45,709 nt of DNA from Acutalibacteraceae bacterium. Lineage in GTDB: Bacteria; Bacillota; Clostridia; Oscillospirales; Acutalibacteraceae. The notes under the pieces were generated by a model. That model did no database searches. It was not told where the DNA came from and was given only the letters and a program-made list of their open reading frames with translations. The number at the start of each line of letters is the position of its first letter. Position 1 is the first letter of the stretch. Below, piece by piece: positions 8,822-17,484 of this stretch. The position numbers were made by a program, and so were the translations under genes. The stretch covers positions 1 through 45,709 of the forward strand of contig JAZUOJ010000119.1 in NCBI GenBank assembly GCA_045604625.1, written 5' to 3'.

Positions 8822-9679
8822 ATGGGTGAGGAAATGCTATTCAAAGACGTTAAACCCTTTGTACGATTTGTACGACAACTGAAAATAACCGAAAACTCGG
8901 TTTTTCCGGAATACCTACCGCTTGACGCCAGGCTTTTTTACGTTTTAGACGGAAAAGGAAAAATAAAGGTTGCCGACCGAGTTATAACGCTTCCTGTGGG
9001 ACACGCGCTGTTTATCAATGCAGGACAGCGTTATACCCTACTTCCCGGCGACGTATTATACAGCGCAGTAAACTTTGACTTTACACAAAATTCAAGCCAA
9101 TTTACTACACCCATACCTCCCGTAAACACATCCCTGCATTCCGGCGAATCGGTACTGTCACAGGTCACATTTTCAGATGCCGAATATTTTAACAGCTATT
9201 ATTTGTTCTCAGACCTGCACTCCCTTAAGCGAACAATGTCGCAGCTTGAAAACGAATATGTAAAAAAACTGCCGTTTTATCAGGAAAACACCTCTTCCCT
9301 TTTATTAACAGTGCTCATTTCTTTAGCCAGAACTGCAGAAAAGCGTCCGTCCAGGGAAAGCCGTTTTGATATTGAACAGATAGTTGATTATATTCATAAA
9401 AATTACAGTCAGCCGCTTGACAACAAAACCATATCCAAGGAATTCGGTTTCCATCCTAACTATATAAATTCGGAGTTTAAAAACAGTTTAGGCATTTCGC
9501 TTCACAGCTATGTGCTCGAAACAAAAATTTTAAAGGCTGTTGCGCTTATGGAGTCGGAAACGATGAGCATCGGCGAGGTATCTGCTATTTGCGGCTTTTG
9601 CGACAGCAACTATTTCTCACGTTACTTTAAAAAAATAATGGGAGTTTCCCCTACCAAATATATGAAAAGCGGAAATTAA
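8822..9679 (+). CDS. AraC family transcriptional regulator
   Basis: N-terminal cupin-like sugar-binding domain and a C-terminal double HTH (..ISKEFGFHPNYINSEFK...VSAICGFCDSNYFSRYFKK..). It diverges from the isomerase operon. The start is ambiguous between 8822 and 8834. Confidence 0.85.
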   Translation: MGEEMLFKDVKPFVRFVRQLKITENSVFPEYLPLDARLFYVLDGKGKIKVADRVITLPVGHALFINAGQRYTLLPGDVLYSAVNFDFTQNSSQFTTPIPPVNTSLHSGESVLSQVTFSDAEYFNSYYLFSDLHSLKRTMSQLENEYVKKLPFYQENTSSLLLTVLISLARTAEKRPSRESRFDIEQIVDYIHKNYSQPLDNKTISKEFGFHPNYINSEFKNSLGISLHSYVLETKILKAVALMESETMSIGEVSAICGFCDSNYFSRYFKKIMGVSPTKYMKSGN

Positions 9680-9698
9680 AAAAATCCCACTTTTTCGT

Positions 9699-9727
9699 TT
9701 GACATTTTTCGCAAGGTGTTATATAAT
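9699..9727 (+). promoter_or_regulatory. consensus sigmaA promoter of the pfl leader
   Basis: Perfect TTGACA (9699-9704), a 17-nt spacer, and perfect TATAAT (9722-9727). Confidence 0.7.
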
Positions 9728-9744
9728 GACCATAGAATTTATAT

Positions 9745-9820
9745 GCTTTTACATAACTGACGGATTTCGCGGGTATACCGCGGTGGAGTGTAAAAGCAAA
9801 TTTAGCCGACCGTCTGGGCA
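9745..9820 (+). promoter_or_regulatory. ZTP (pfl-motif) riboswitch aptamer
   Basis: P1 is GCTTTTACA (9745-9753) paired with TGTAAAAGC (9789-9797). The conserved ACTGaCGG (9756-9763) is present. P2 is the hairpin CGCGG-gtata-CCGCG (9768-9782), followed by GTGGAG. After a short linker comes the near-invariant CCGACCGTCTGGGCA (9806-9820), whose CCGTC can pair with GACGG (9759-9763) as the family pseudoknot. Confidence 0.8.
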
Positions 9821-9856
9821 AAATCAGTTCATATAAACTGGTTTTGCCCTTTTTTT
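9816..9856 (+). terminator. riboswitch expression-platform terminator
   Basis: Stem GGGCAAAATCAG (9816-9827) / CTGGTTTTGCCC (9838-9849) followed by T7. The 5' arm overlaps the conserved CTGGGCA of the aptamer. It sits 30 nt upstream of pflB. Confidence 0.8.
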
Positions 9857-9885
9857 ATGGACTAATCATCTAATATTAAGGAGAA

Positions 9886-12123
9886 ATGATGATGGAACAC
9901 AATAATTGGAACGGATTTACCCGGGGTGCTTGGCAGAACGAAATCAACGTGCGTGACTTTATACAGTCAAACTATAAGGAATACACCGGCGACGATAGCT
10001 TTCTTGCCGGTGCGACACCGCGCACAACAAAGCTTATGGACACCGTGCAGGAGCTTTTTAGAAAGGAACGCAAGAACGGCGGTGTTTTAGACGTTGATAC
10101 CGATACCGTATCTTCGCTTACCAGCTATGCGCCGGGTTATATTGATAAAGAAAACGAGCTTATAGTAGGCATGCAGACCGACAGCCCGCTAAAACGCGGC
10201 GTTAACCCGTTTGGCGGTATTCGTATGGCTCGCCAGGCCTGCGCGGCTTACGGTTACCGACTGAGTGACAAGGTTGAAGACGAGTTCCGTTTCCGCACAA
10301 CACATAACGACGGCGTTTTTCGCGCATATACCGAGGAAATGCGTCAAGCCCGCAGATGCCACGTTATTACCGGACTGCCCGATGCGTACGGCCGCGGCAG
10401 AATTATAGGCGACTACCGCAGGGTGGCTCTCTACGGAATAGACCGTTTAATTGAGCAAAAGAAAAAAGACAAGCAAGAGCTTACTAACAGCACCTTTAAT
10501 GCCGATAACATTCGTCTGTCGGAGGAGCTTTTCCAGCAGATAACCTTCCTTGGATACCTAAAGGAAATGGCTGCTATGTACGGCTACGATATAAGTGAGC
10601 CTGCCGCCAACACCCGCGAGGCTATTCAGTGGACGTATTTTGCATATCTTGCCGCAATTAAGGAGCAAAACGGTGCTGCCATGTCGCTGGGCAGAGTCAG
10701 CACATTTTTTGATATTTATATCGAACGCGACCTGGCCAACGGCACCCTTACGGAGGAGGGCGCACAAGAGCTTATGGACGACTTTGTAATGAAACTGCGT
10801 ATTGCCCGCCATCTCCGCACCCCGGAATATAACGAGCTTTTCGGCGGTGACCCGATGTGGATAACCGAGGCTATAGGCGGTATGGGAAATGACGGCAGAA
10901 CACTTGTTACCAAAAACAGCTTCCGTATGCTTAATACCCTTTACACACTCGGCGAATCGTCCGAGCCCAACCTTACGGTTTTATGGTCGTCTTCCCTTCC
11001 CGAAAACTTTACACGCTTCTGCGCAAAGGTTTCCTCAGACACCGATTCCATTCAGTATGAAAACGATGATATCATGCGTCCGCACCACGGCGATGACTAT
11101 GCTATTGCCTGCTGTGTTTCGGCTATGGAAATAGGCAAACAGATGCAGTTTTTCGGTGCAAGATGCAACCTTGCAAAGCTTTTGCTTATTGCTATTAACG
11201 GCGGTTTTGACACCACAAGCGGCATGCACATCGGTCCGCAGATGCCCGTAATGGATGATGAGACGTTAGACTTTGACGCTGTTATGAAGCGTTATTCCGT
11301 TTACATAGAATGGTTAAGCAAGCTCTACGTAAACACAATGAACGTCATTCACTATATGCACGATAAGTATGCATACGAGAAAACACAGATGTCCTTACAC
11401 GACACCGAGGTTGAACGCCTTATGGCCTTCGGTGTTGCAGGTTTTTCTGTTGTTGCCGACTCGCTCAGCGCAATTAAATATGCTAAGGTTAAGCCTATAA
11501 AGGACGAGCTTGGTTACATTACCGATTTCGAAACCGTAGGCGAATTCCCGAAGTACGGCAATGATGACGACCGCGTTGATTTTATTGCACGCGATATGGC
11601 TCATCAGGTTATAACCGAGCTTCGCAAGACACCTACATATCGTAACGCGATACACACGCTCTCGATTCTTACCATCACCTCAAACGTAATGTACGGAAAG
11701 CACACCGGTGCAACACCCGACGGCAGAGCTGCCGGAACCCCCTTTGCGCCCGGTGCTAACCCGATGCACAACCGTGAAGAAAACGGTGCTTTGGCCTCGC
11801 TTAACTCGGTAGCCAAAATCAGCTATGAGGACTGCCGCGACGGTATTTCCAACACGTTTTCCATCACACCCGAGGCACTCGGCAAGACGGACGACGAACG
11901 CGTAAACAACCTCGTTTCCATACTAGACGGATATTTTGCAAAGAAAGCACACCACATAAACGTAAACGTGCTGAACCGCGAAACACTTATAAAAGCCTAT
12001 GAAGACCCCGACGCCTACCCCAACCTTACCATACGCGTTTCGGGATATGCCGTAAACTTTAACAAGCTTTCCCGCGAACAACAGCGTGAGGTTATAAGCC
12101 GAACCTTCCACGAGGCTATATGA
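9886..12123 (+). CDS. pflB: pyruvate formate-lyase (formate C-acetyltransferase)
   Basis: 745-aa ORF with the active-site Cys-Cys (..[10 protein letters not shown]..) and the C-terminal glycyl-radical motif (..[11 protein letters not shown]..). There are three tandem ATGs; the third (9892) has the best spacing from AAGGAG. Confidence 0.95.
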   Translation: MMMEHNNWNGFTRGAWQNEINVRDFIQSNYKEYTGDDSFLAGATPRTTKLMDTVQELFRKERKNGGVLDVDTDTVSSLTSYAPGYIDKENELIVGMQTDSPLKRGVNPFGGIRMARQACAAYGYRLSDKVEDEFRFRTTHNDGVFRAYTEEMRQARRCHVITGLPDAYGRGRIIGDYRRVALYGIDRLIEQKKKDKQELTNSTFNADNIRLSEELFQQITFLGYLKEMAAMYGYDISEPAANTREAIQWTYFAYLAAIKEQNGAAMSLGRVSTFFDIYIERDLANGTLTEEGAQELMDDFVMKLRIARHLRTPEYNELFGGDPMWITEAIGGMGNDGRTLVTKNSFRMLNTLYTLGESSEPNLTVLWSSSLPENFTRFCAKVSSDTDSIQYENDDIMRPHHGDDYAIACCVSAMEIGKQMQFFGARCNLAKLLLIAINGGFDTTSGMHIGPQMPVMDDETLDFDAVMKRYSVYIEWLSKLYVNTMNVIHYMHDKYAYEKTQMSLHDTEVERLMAFGVAGFSVVADSLSAIKYAKVKPIKDELGYITDFETVGEFPKYGNDDDRVDFIARDMAHQVITELRKTPTYRNAIHTLSILTITSNVMYGKHTGATPDGRAAGTPFAPGANPMHNREENGALASLNSVAKISYEDCRDGISNTFSITPEALGKTDDERVNNLVSILDGYFAKKAHHINVNVLNRETLIKAYEDPDAYPNLTIRVSGYAVNFNKLSREQQREVISRTFHEAI

Positions 12124-12833
12124 GTACGGGGCGCGTTAATTCTATTCAAAGCCTTGGCACGGTAGACGGCCCCGGGGTACGATTTGTTGTGTTTCTTCAG
12201 GGCTGTCATCTGCGCTGCAAATGCTGTCACAACCCCGACACCTGGAACGGCGAGGGCGGCACGGTATATACGGCTGATGAAATAGTTAAAAAGGCACTAA
12301 GATACCGCGAATACTTCGGCGCTGACGGAGGTATAACCCTTTCGGGCGGAGAGCCGCTTTTGCAGCCTCTGTTTGCGTATGAAATTTTCAAGCTGTGCCA
12401 CGAGGCGGGAATTAACACCTGCCTTGACACGTCGGGCAGCATATTAAACGACGATATTAAAATGCTATTAAAGGAAACCGACCGCGTACTGCTTGACTAT
12501 AAATATACCGAAGACTCGCTGTACCGCGATAACGTGGGCTGCGACATTCAGTCGGTACAACGGTTCCTTTCGTATTTAAACGAGCATAATATCCCCACCA
12601 CTCTGCGTCAGGTTATTATACCCACCGTAAACGACGGTGAGGAAAACGCAAGTAAGCTCCTTGACGTCGCGAAAGGTCATACCTGTGTTGATAAAGTGGA
12701 GCTTCTCCCCTTTAGGAAGATTTGTAAGCCTAAATATGATAATATGAAAATACCTTTTCCGTTTGGTGATTTGCCCGAGCCCGACGCTGAGCTGATGAAA
12801 AGGCTAAATAGCATAATAAACCCGACACCGTAA
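12120..12833 (+). CDS. pflA: pyruvate formate-lyase activating enzyme (radical SAM)
   Basis: N-terminus [30 protein letters not shown] carries the CxxxCxxC cluster. An ATGA overlap links it to the pflB stop. Confidence 0.95.
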   Translation: MSTGRVNSIQSLGTVDGPGVRFVVFLQGCHLRCKCCHNPDTWNGEGGTVYTADEIVKKALRYREYFGADGGITLSGGEPLLQPLFAYEIFKLCHEAGINTCLDTSGSILNDDIKMLLKETDRVLLDYKYTEDSLYRDNVGCDIQSVQRFLSYLNEHNIPTTLRQVIIPTVNDGEENASKLLDVAKGHTCVDKVELLPFRKICKPKYDNMKIPFPFGDLPEPDAELMKRLNSIINPTP

Positions 12834-12852
12834 AGTGTCGGGTTTTGTTTTT
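12821..12852 (+). terminator. rho-independent terminator after pflA
   Basis: Stem CCCGACAC / GTGTCGGG spanning the stop codon, followed by TTTTGTTTTT. Confidence 0.75.
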
Positions 12853-12864
12853 CTATAATTATTT

Positions 12865-13308
12865 TTAGACTTTACCTATTATCCAATATATAATTCCGTA
12901 AATAACACTTGCGACTGTACCGTAGACTATAACTGGTCCCGCTATGGCAAACATTTTTGCACCCACACCCAAAACGTAGCCTTCAGCCTTAAACTCTATT
13001 GCGGGCGATACTACCGCATTTGCAAAGCCCGTTATGGGCACAAGCGTTCCCGCGCCCGCGTGTTTTGCAATATTGTCAAAGGCGTGCAACGCCGTAAAAA
13101 GTGCCGACAGGAAAATAAGCGACACCGGCACTAACATTTTCGATACGTCCTCGCCCAAATCCAGATACTTATATAGTTCTAATAGCAACTGACCTATCAT
13201 ACATATAAGTCCGCCGATTAGAAATGCACAGGTAAAATCCTTTAGCTTCGGCGAAGGCGGCGATGCCTTTTTATACATTTTTTTGTATTCTTGGGGTGTT
13301 ACGTTCAT
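12865..13308 (-). CDS. spoVAC: stage V sporulation protein AC (SpoVAC)
   Basis: 147-aa four-TM protein with the SpoVAC/SpoVAEB pattern (..AFLIGGLICMIGQ..., ..GAGTLVPITGFANAV..). It is monocistronic, lying between the pflA terminator and a divergent gene. Confidence 0.85.
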   Translation of the reverse strand: MNVTPQEYKKMYKKASPPSPKLKDFTCAFLIGGLICMIGQLLLELYKYLDLGEDVSKMLVPVSLIFLSALFTALHAFDNIAKHAGAGTLVPITGFANAVVSPAIEFKAEGYVLGVGAKMFAIAGPVIVYGTVASVIYGIIYWIIGKV

Positions 13309-13360
13309 TTAATCATCTCCGCCTGTATTTTGCCCTAATACGATTTTTTAATTCATATTC

Positions 13361-13387
13361 ACACAAAAAATGCCGCGACATAGTATG
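13361..13387 (+). promoter_or_regulatory. possible sigmaK-type promoter for the Cys-rich gene
   Basis: tcAC (AC at 13361-13362), a 16-nt spacer, then CATAgtaTg (13379-13387). This fits the mother-cell sigmaK consensus AC-N16/17-CATAnnnTA and ends 41 nt before the ATG. Confidence 0.3.
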
Positions 13388-13428
13388 TTATAGAAGTTTT
13401 TACTTCAATTTTTAAAGGAGGCTTTTTT

Positions 13429-14217
13429 ATGGCGGAAAACAGTAATTTTAAGGAAGCTGTTTGTATTGATGCCGGCAGAGTTTACGACTCCTGCTGCGAC
13501 CGCGACTGTCTTGAGGATTTGAGATGCTATTTCACCCCTGCCGACCAGTCGCTTATAGCACGTGCTGTGAGTGTGCGCACACGCTCTGCCGAAGTGCTGA
13601 ATGTTTACATCGATGTTGAACCGGTCAGCTTTAATCGCGGATACTTCTCCTGCGATCTTACCTTCTTCTTCTTGGTTGAGTTCGACCTGTTCTTATCACC
13701 CCACGCCGCCCCCAACACAATAAGGGGTATTGCATATTTTAACAAAAAGGTAATTCTGTTCGGCAGCGAGGGCAACGTTAAGATTTTCTCTAACAACGTT
13801 ACTCTTGAGGACGCTATGGATATGCAGATGGTACGCACTACAAATATGCCGCGCTGCGTAATTCAGAGCGTTGACCCGATTCCGCTTTCGGCAAGAATCG
13901 GCGAACTGCGCGATTGCTACGAAAGCTCGTGCTGCATACCCAGCTGTATTTGCCAATGTCTTGGCGGTCAAATCTGCACTGACCTGGAAAACGGCACGCC
14001 TACAATTTTTGTAACGCTGGGACTTTTCACCATAGTGCAGCTTATTCGCAACGTACAGATGCTTATCCCCGTTTATGATTTCTGCATTCCCGAGAAGCAG
14101 TGCGAAGACACAACCGACCATCCCTGCGACGTATTCCGCAAGCTTGAATTCCCCACCGACGAATTCTTCCCGCCCCGTCAGGATGAATGCGAAGACCAGT
14201 CTTCCTGCGGCTGTTAA
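13429..14217 (+). CDS. cysteine-rich hypothetical protein (20 Cys in 262 aa), candidate spore coat or exosporium component
   Basis: Strong RBS AGGAGG 8 nt before the ATG. Cys clusters lie at the N-terminus (C..(9)..CCDRDC..(5)..C), in the middle (CYESSCCIPSCICQC..(6)..C) and at the C-terminus (..CEDQSSCGC). There is no signal peptide. Confidence 0.5.
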   Translation: MAENSNFKEAVCIDAGRVYDSCCDRDCLEDLRCYFTPADQSLIARAVSVRTRSAEVLNVYIDVEPVSFNRGYFSCDLTFFFLVEFDLFLSPHAAPNTIRGIAYFNKKVILFGSEGNVKIFSNNVTLEDAMDMQMVRTTNMPRCVIQSVDPIPLSARIGELRDCYESSCCIPSCICQCLGGQICTDLENGTPTIFVTLGLFTIVQLIRNVQMLIPVYDFCIPEKQCEDTTDHPCDVFRKLEFPTDEFFPPRQDECEDQSSCGC

Positions 14218-14322
14218 CAAAACGGCTGCGGGAGCACCGCTTCCGCAGCCCTGACTTCATATATTTACCTCTTGAACATACCGGCGAAGACAACTAAAAT
14301 ATACTTTAAGGAGGTATAGGGT

Positions 14323-14871
14323 ATGCTTATCGACGCTAATAAGGAAAAGCAACTGAAAATTACCCTTTCCGCCGTCGAAATTTGTGATTATTTCGGCAGC
14401 TTTCAGGACATTCGCTACGACAACAAAAAAGCTCGGGCGGCGCTTGGCAGTATTCTGCTTAATGCTATGGACTCATCTGATTTTCGGCTGCGCGGAAACA
14501 GGCTTGTTATCAAGGTCTTCCCCACCCAGTCGGGCGGGTGTACCATATACTTTATCTTAGAGGATAAAAAAAGATTCTTTCGCACCGAAAAATGCTACAT
14601 ATACGAGTTTTCGAATTGCGAAGATATGCTGCTTACCTGCGAACAGATAAAAAAGCTATCTACCCGCGAAACACCTGTAAGTATATATAGTCTAGGCGGT
14701 ATTTTCAGGCTTATTATTGAGGGAAAATATATGTGCAAGGCCATTTTTATGCTGGGACCCGAATACTCAACCAAGGTTATTGCGAAAAACACCGAAGCAC
14801 ACAAAACAAAGGAGCATTGGCACAAAATTTGTGACAACACTCCGGTAAGTAATATTATTAAAGCGATTTAA
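14323..14871 (+). CDS. MecA-like adaptor protein (short form)
   Basis: 182-aa ORF with RBS AAGGAGG. The pattern (L.I.L....I........Y...KAR.....IL..A ... EY........EH...I) resembles short clostridial MecA (ClpC adaptor) homologues. This is a weak call based on recalled patterns. Confidence 0.4.
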   Translation: MLIDANKEKQLKITLSAVEICDYFGSFQDIRYDNKKARAALGSILLNAMDSSDFRLRGNRLVIKVFPTQSGGCTIYFILEDKKRFFRTEKCYIYEFSNCEDMLLTCEQIKKLSTRETPVSIYSLGGIFRLIIEGKYMCKAIFMLGPEYSTKVIAKNTEAHKTKEHWHKICDNTPVSNIIKAI

Positions 14872-15505
14872 TTTCTTTTACGGTGGCGGCAATATCGGAA
14901 GAATCAAAGACAAAGCTTCCAGCCACAAGAACATCCGCGCCTGCTGCTACGGCAAGAGGTGCGGTTTCTTTATTTATTCCGCCGTCAACCTCGAGCAAGG
15001 TGGATAGTCCCTGCTTATTTATTTCTGCCTTTAGTTTCTTTAGTTTGTCAAGCGCCGACGGCATAAATTTTTGTCCGCCGAAGCCGGGCTCCACCGACAT
15101 AACGAGCACCATATCGCAAAGGGGTAAAAAGGAGAAAATTTCTTCGGGTTCGGTGCAGGGTTTAATAGTAAGGCAGGTCTTAATTCCGTGTGATTTTATT
15201 TTTTTAAGCGTGCCTTCAACGTCGCTACCCGCTTCAAAATGAAACCCTAGTATATCTGCGCTGCGGGCAAACATATCAATATATCGGTCGGGGCGGTCAA
15301 TCATAAGATGCACGTCCATCGGAATCGAGGTATGCTTTTTCACCTTTTCGATTATCGGCGCGCCGAAGGATATATTGGGCACGAAAATTCCGTCCATAAC
15401 GTCCATATGAAGCATATCGACGCCACATTCCTCAAACACCTTTAAGGTTTCTTTAAGTTCTAAAAAATCGGCCGTTAGCACCGACGGTGATATTTTTGCC
15501 ATCAA
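14858..15505 (-). CDS. rpe: ribulose-phosphate 3-epimerase
   Basis: 215-aa ORF with ..SPSVLTADF..., ..LHMDVMDGIFVPN... and ..VMSVEPGFGGQKF... motifs. Its 3' end overlaps the convergent MecA-like ORF by 14 nt. Confidence 0.95.
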   Translation of the reverse strand: MMAKISPSVLTADFLELKETLKVFEECGVDMLHMDVMDGIFVPNISFGAPIIEKVKKHTSIPMDVHLMIDRPDRYIDMFARSADILGFHFEAGSDVEGTLKKIKSHGIKTCLTIKPCTEPEEIFSFLPLCDMVLVMSVEPGFGGQKFMPSALDKLKKLKAEINKQGLSTLLEVDGGINKETAPLAVAAGADVLVAGSFVFDSSDIAATVKEIKSL

Positions 15506-15635
15506 AACTCTCTCCTTTGCTGATTTCTATGCTTGATTTTACCACACGCCACATATTTTGGCAAGTCAAAAGATACTTGTAGTTTTGATATGTTTGTGTT
15601 ATAATACCGCTTAGAAAATGTATGGAGGAATAGAG

Positions 15636-16499
15636 ATGCCCGCTAATAAGATTAAAATTACCAGCGACAGCACTACCGATTTAAGCCCCGAGCTTCTTGA
15701 AAGATACAACGTAACCGTAAGCCCGCTTTCGGTTGTTATGGATGACAAGGTATATATTGACGGTGTTGAGGCTACACCCGATGACCTTTACGCTTATTCC
15801 GAGCGCACCGGAAAACTCGCAAAAACAGCCGCCACAAGCATTGGCGACCATATAGATTTTTTCCAAAAGCACACGGCTGACGGCTCTACCGTTATCCATT
15901 TCACAATTAGTGCTTCTATGTCGGTTAATAACCATAACGCTGTTTTGGCGGCCGAAGAGGTACCGAACGTTTACATAGTTGATACTATGAACCTTTCAAC
16001 CGGCGGCGGACTACTGGTTATTGCCGCAGCCGAAATGATAAAAGAAGGACTTTCGGCAGAAGAAATTGTAGAAAAGATAAAGGCACTTGCTCCCTGCGTT
16101 GACGCATCCTTTGTTGTTGATGACCTTGAGTATCTGCACAAGGGCGGTCGTTGCTCGGCTGTTGCCGCACTCGGCGCAAACCTTTTAAAGCTTAAGCCCT
16201 GCATTACCGTAAAAGGCGGCGCTATGGGCGTTGAAAAGAAATACAGAGGCAAATTTGCCGACGTTCTTAAAACCTACGCTGCAGAACGCCTTGCCGACGG
16301 TGACAGCATTTGTCTTGACCGCGTGTTTGTAACACACGCCGGATGCGACGAAGAAATTGTAAACGCTATGGTTGAGCAGGTTAAAAACACCCTGCCCTTT
16401 AAAGAAGTTTTCTGCACCAGAGCCGGTTGTACCGTTTCGGCACACTGTGGCAGAAACACACTTGGTGTTCTGTTTATAAGAAAGAATCCTTTGGCGTAA
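15636..16499 (+). CDS. DegV family fatty-acid-binding protein
   Basis: ..IKITSDSTTDL...V.V.PL.V.... is a typical DegV N-terminus. The ATG at 15636 is chosen for its 7-nt spacing from GGAGG; the track start is 15618. Confidence 0.85.
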   Translation: MPANKIKITSDSTTDLSPELLERYNVTVSPLSVVMDDKVYIDGVEATPDDLYAYSERTGKLAKTAATSIGDHIDFFQKHTADGSTVIHFTISASMSVNNHNAVLAAEEVPNVYIVDTMNLSTGGGLLVIAAAEMIKEGLSAEEIVEKIKALAPCVDASFVVDDLEYLHKGGRCSAVAALGANLLKLKPCITVKGGAMGVEKKYRGKFADVLKTYAAERLADGDSICLDRVFVTHAGCDEEIVNAMVEQVKNTLPFKEVFCTRAGCTVSAHCGRNTLGVLFIRKNPLA

Positions 16500-16611
16500 C
16501 ACTTTTCCCTACTCCACATAGAATGTAGAGAGGGGGCGACAAGGGAATCCCGCTATATCGGCGATAGCCATGGTCTATCCGCAGAGCACCGATAATATGC
16601 CCCGTTAATAT

Positions 16612-16638
16612 AAAAAAGCACCCTTTCGGGTGCTTTTT
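16612..16638. terminator. bidirectional rho-independent terminator
   Basis: AAAAAA-GCACCC-tttc-GGGTGC-TTTTT, placed between convergent degV and yesL-like genes. Confidence 0.8.
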
Positions 16639-16641
16639 ATT

Positions 16642-17484
16642 TTATTCCTCTTCTGTTTGTGGGAGCATACGCTCATCATCAAATACGCCGTAATCGTCAT
16701 CGTATTTCGGCATATATTCTTCGGGCACTGAAAGACCAAGGTCCAGTCTTTTCTGGATGTCGGCTTCCGGATGCTCGGCATAATAGGGGTCTATCATATA
16801 CTTTCTTATGCAGTCAAAAATAGTAAACTGAATAAGGAAAGAACGGAAAGCGGGATAAACCGCTATTGACAACACGCTGACAAGTGCAACGCCTATGCCT
16901 CCGCCGTAAAGTGTAGCCAAAACTGCCACAGCTGCACACAGCATTTCAACAATCAGAATAAGCAGATTTCGCGGCAGGTTGATAAAAACAAACTTAAAAC
17001 AGTTTTTGTAAATCTGTTTTGTGCGAAGCGAAAAAGTAATTATAAGCAAGGGCATATAATACTTCATAACGGTAAACACGAACAAAAGGAAAAGGCTGAC
17101 ACCTATCAGAATGGTTCCCATTGTTCCCTCGGTTCCGAAGAAATACCAAATGTCGAAAACAAGTATGGCGGTTATAAGAAGGTTTAAAATGCCTATACCC
17201 AGTCCCTGCTTCCAGTTTTTCTTTATGGTATCAAAAAAGTCCTGCGCACCGAAGGAATGCTTGCCGCGGGAGAGGTTGCGCGTTACGTTTGCGCTGCCTA
17301 TTGCCGCAAGACCCGAGGTGATGACCGGAATGCTTAAAAGCATATGGTATAGCGACAGCGTCATGAGTTTCCAAAAGTTTCTGAAATAAAGCTCGAAAAA
17401 GCGTGCGAAAGACTTTTTCTCCGGCTCGTTTTTTGATACGCCCGGTCCCTCTTTGTCGTAGTTTATAAAATTAAACAGTCCCAT
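16642..17484 (-). CDS. YesL family (DUF624) membrane protein
   Basis: N-terminus ..F.RFFELYFRNFWKLMTLSLYHMLLSIPVIT.G.A followed by multiple TM helices, as in the YesL family. Confidence 0.7.
   Translation of the reverse strand: MGLFNFINYDKEGPGVSKNEPEKKSFARFFELYFRNFWKLMTLSLYHMLLSIPVITSGLAAIGSANVTRNLSRGKHSFGAQDFFDTIKKNWKQGLGIGILNLLITAILVFDIWYFFGTEGTMGTILIGVSLFLLFVFTVMKYYMPLLIITFSLRTKQIYKNCFKFVFINLPRNLLILIVEMLCAAVAVLATLYGGGIGVALVSVLSIAVYPAFRSFLIQFTIFDCIRKYMIDPYYAEHPEADIQKRLDLGLSVPEEYMPKYDDDYGVFDDERMLPQTEEE

Noticed and set aside
13696-14220. 174-aa minus-strand ORF opposite the Cys-rich gene
   Set aside because: The plus-strand frame has a strong AGGAGG RBS, a promoter-like element and a patterned Cys distribution. 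The minus-strand ORF has none of these and would run into spoVAC-divergent DNA.
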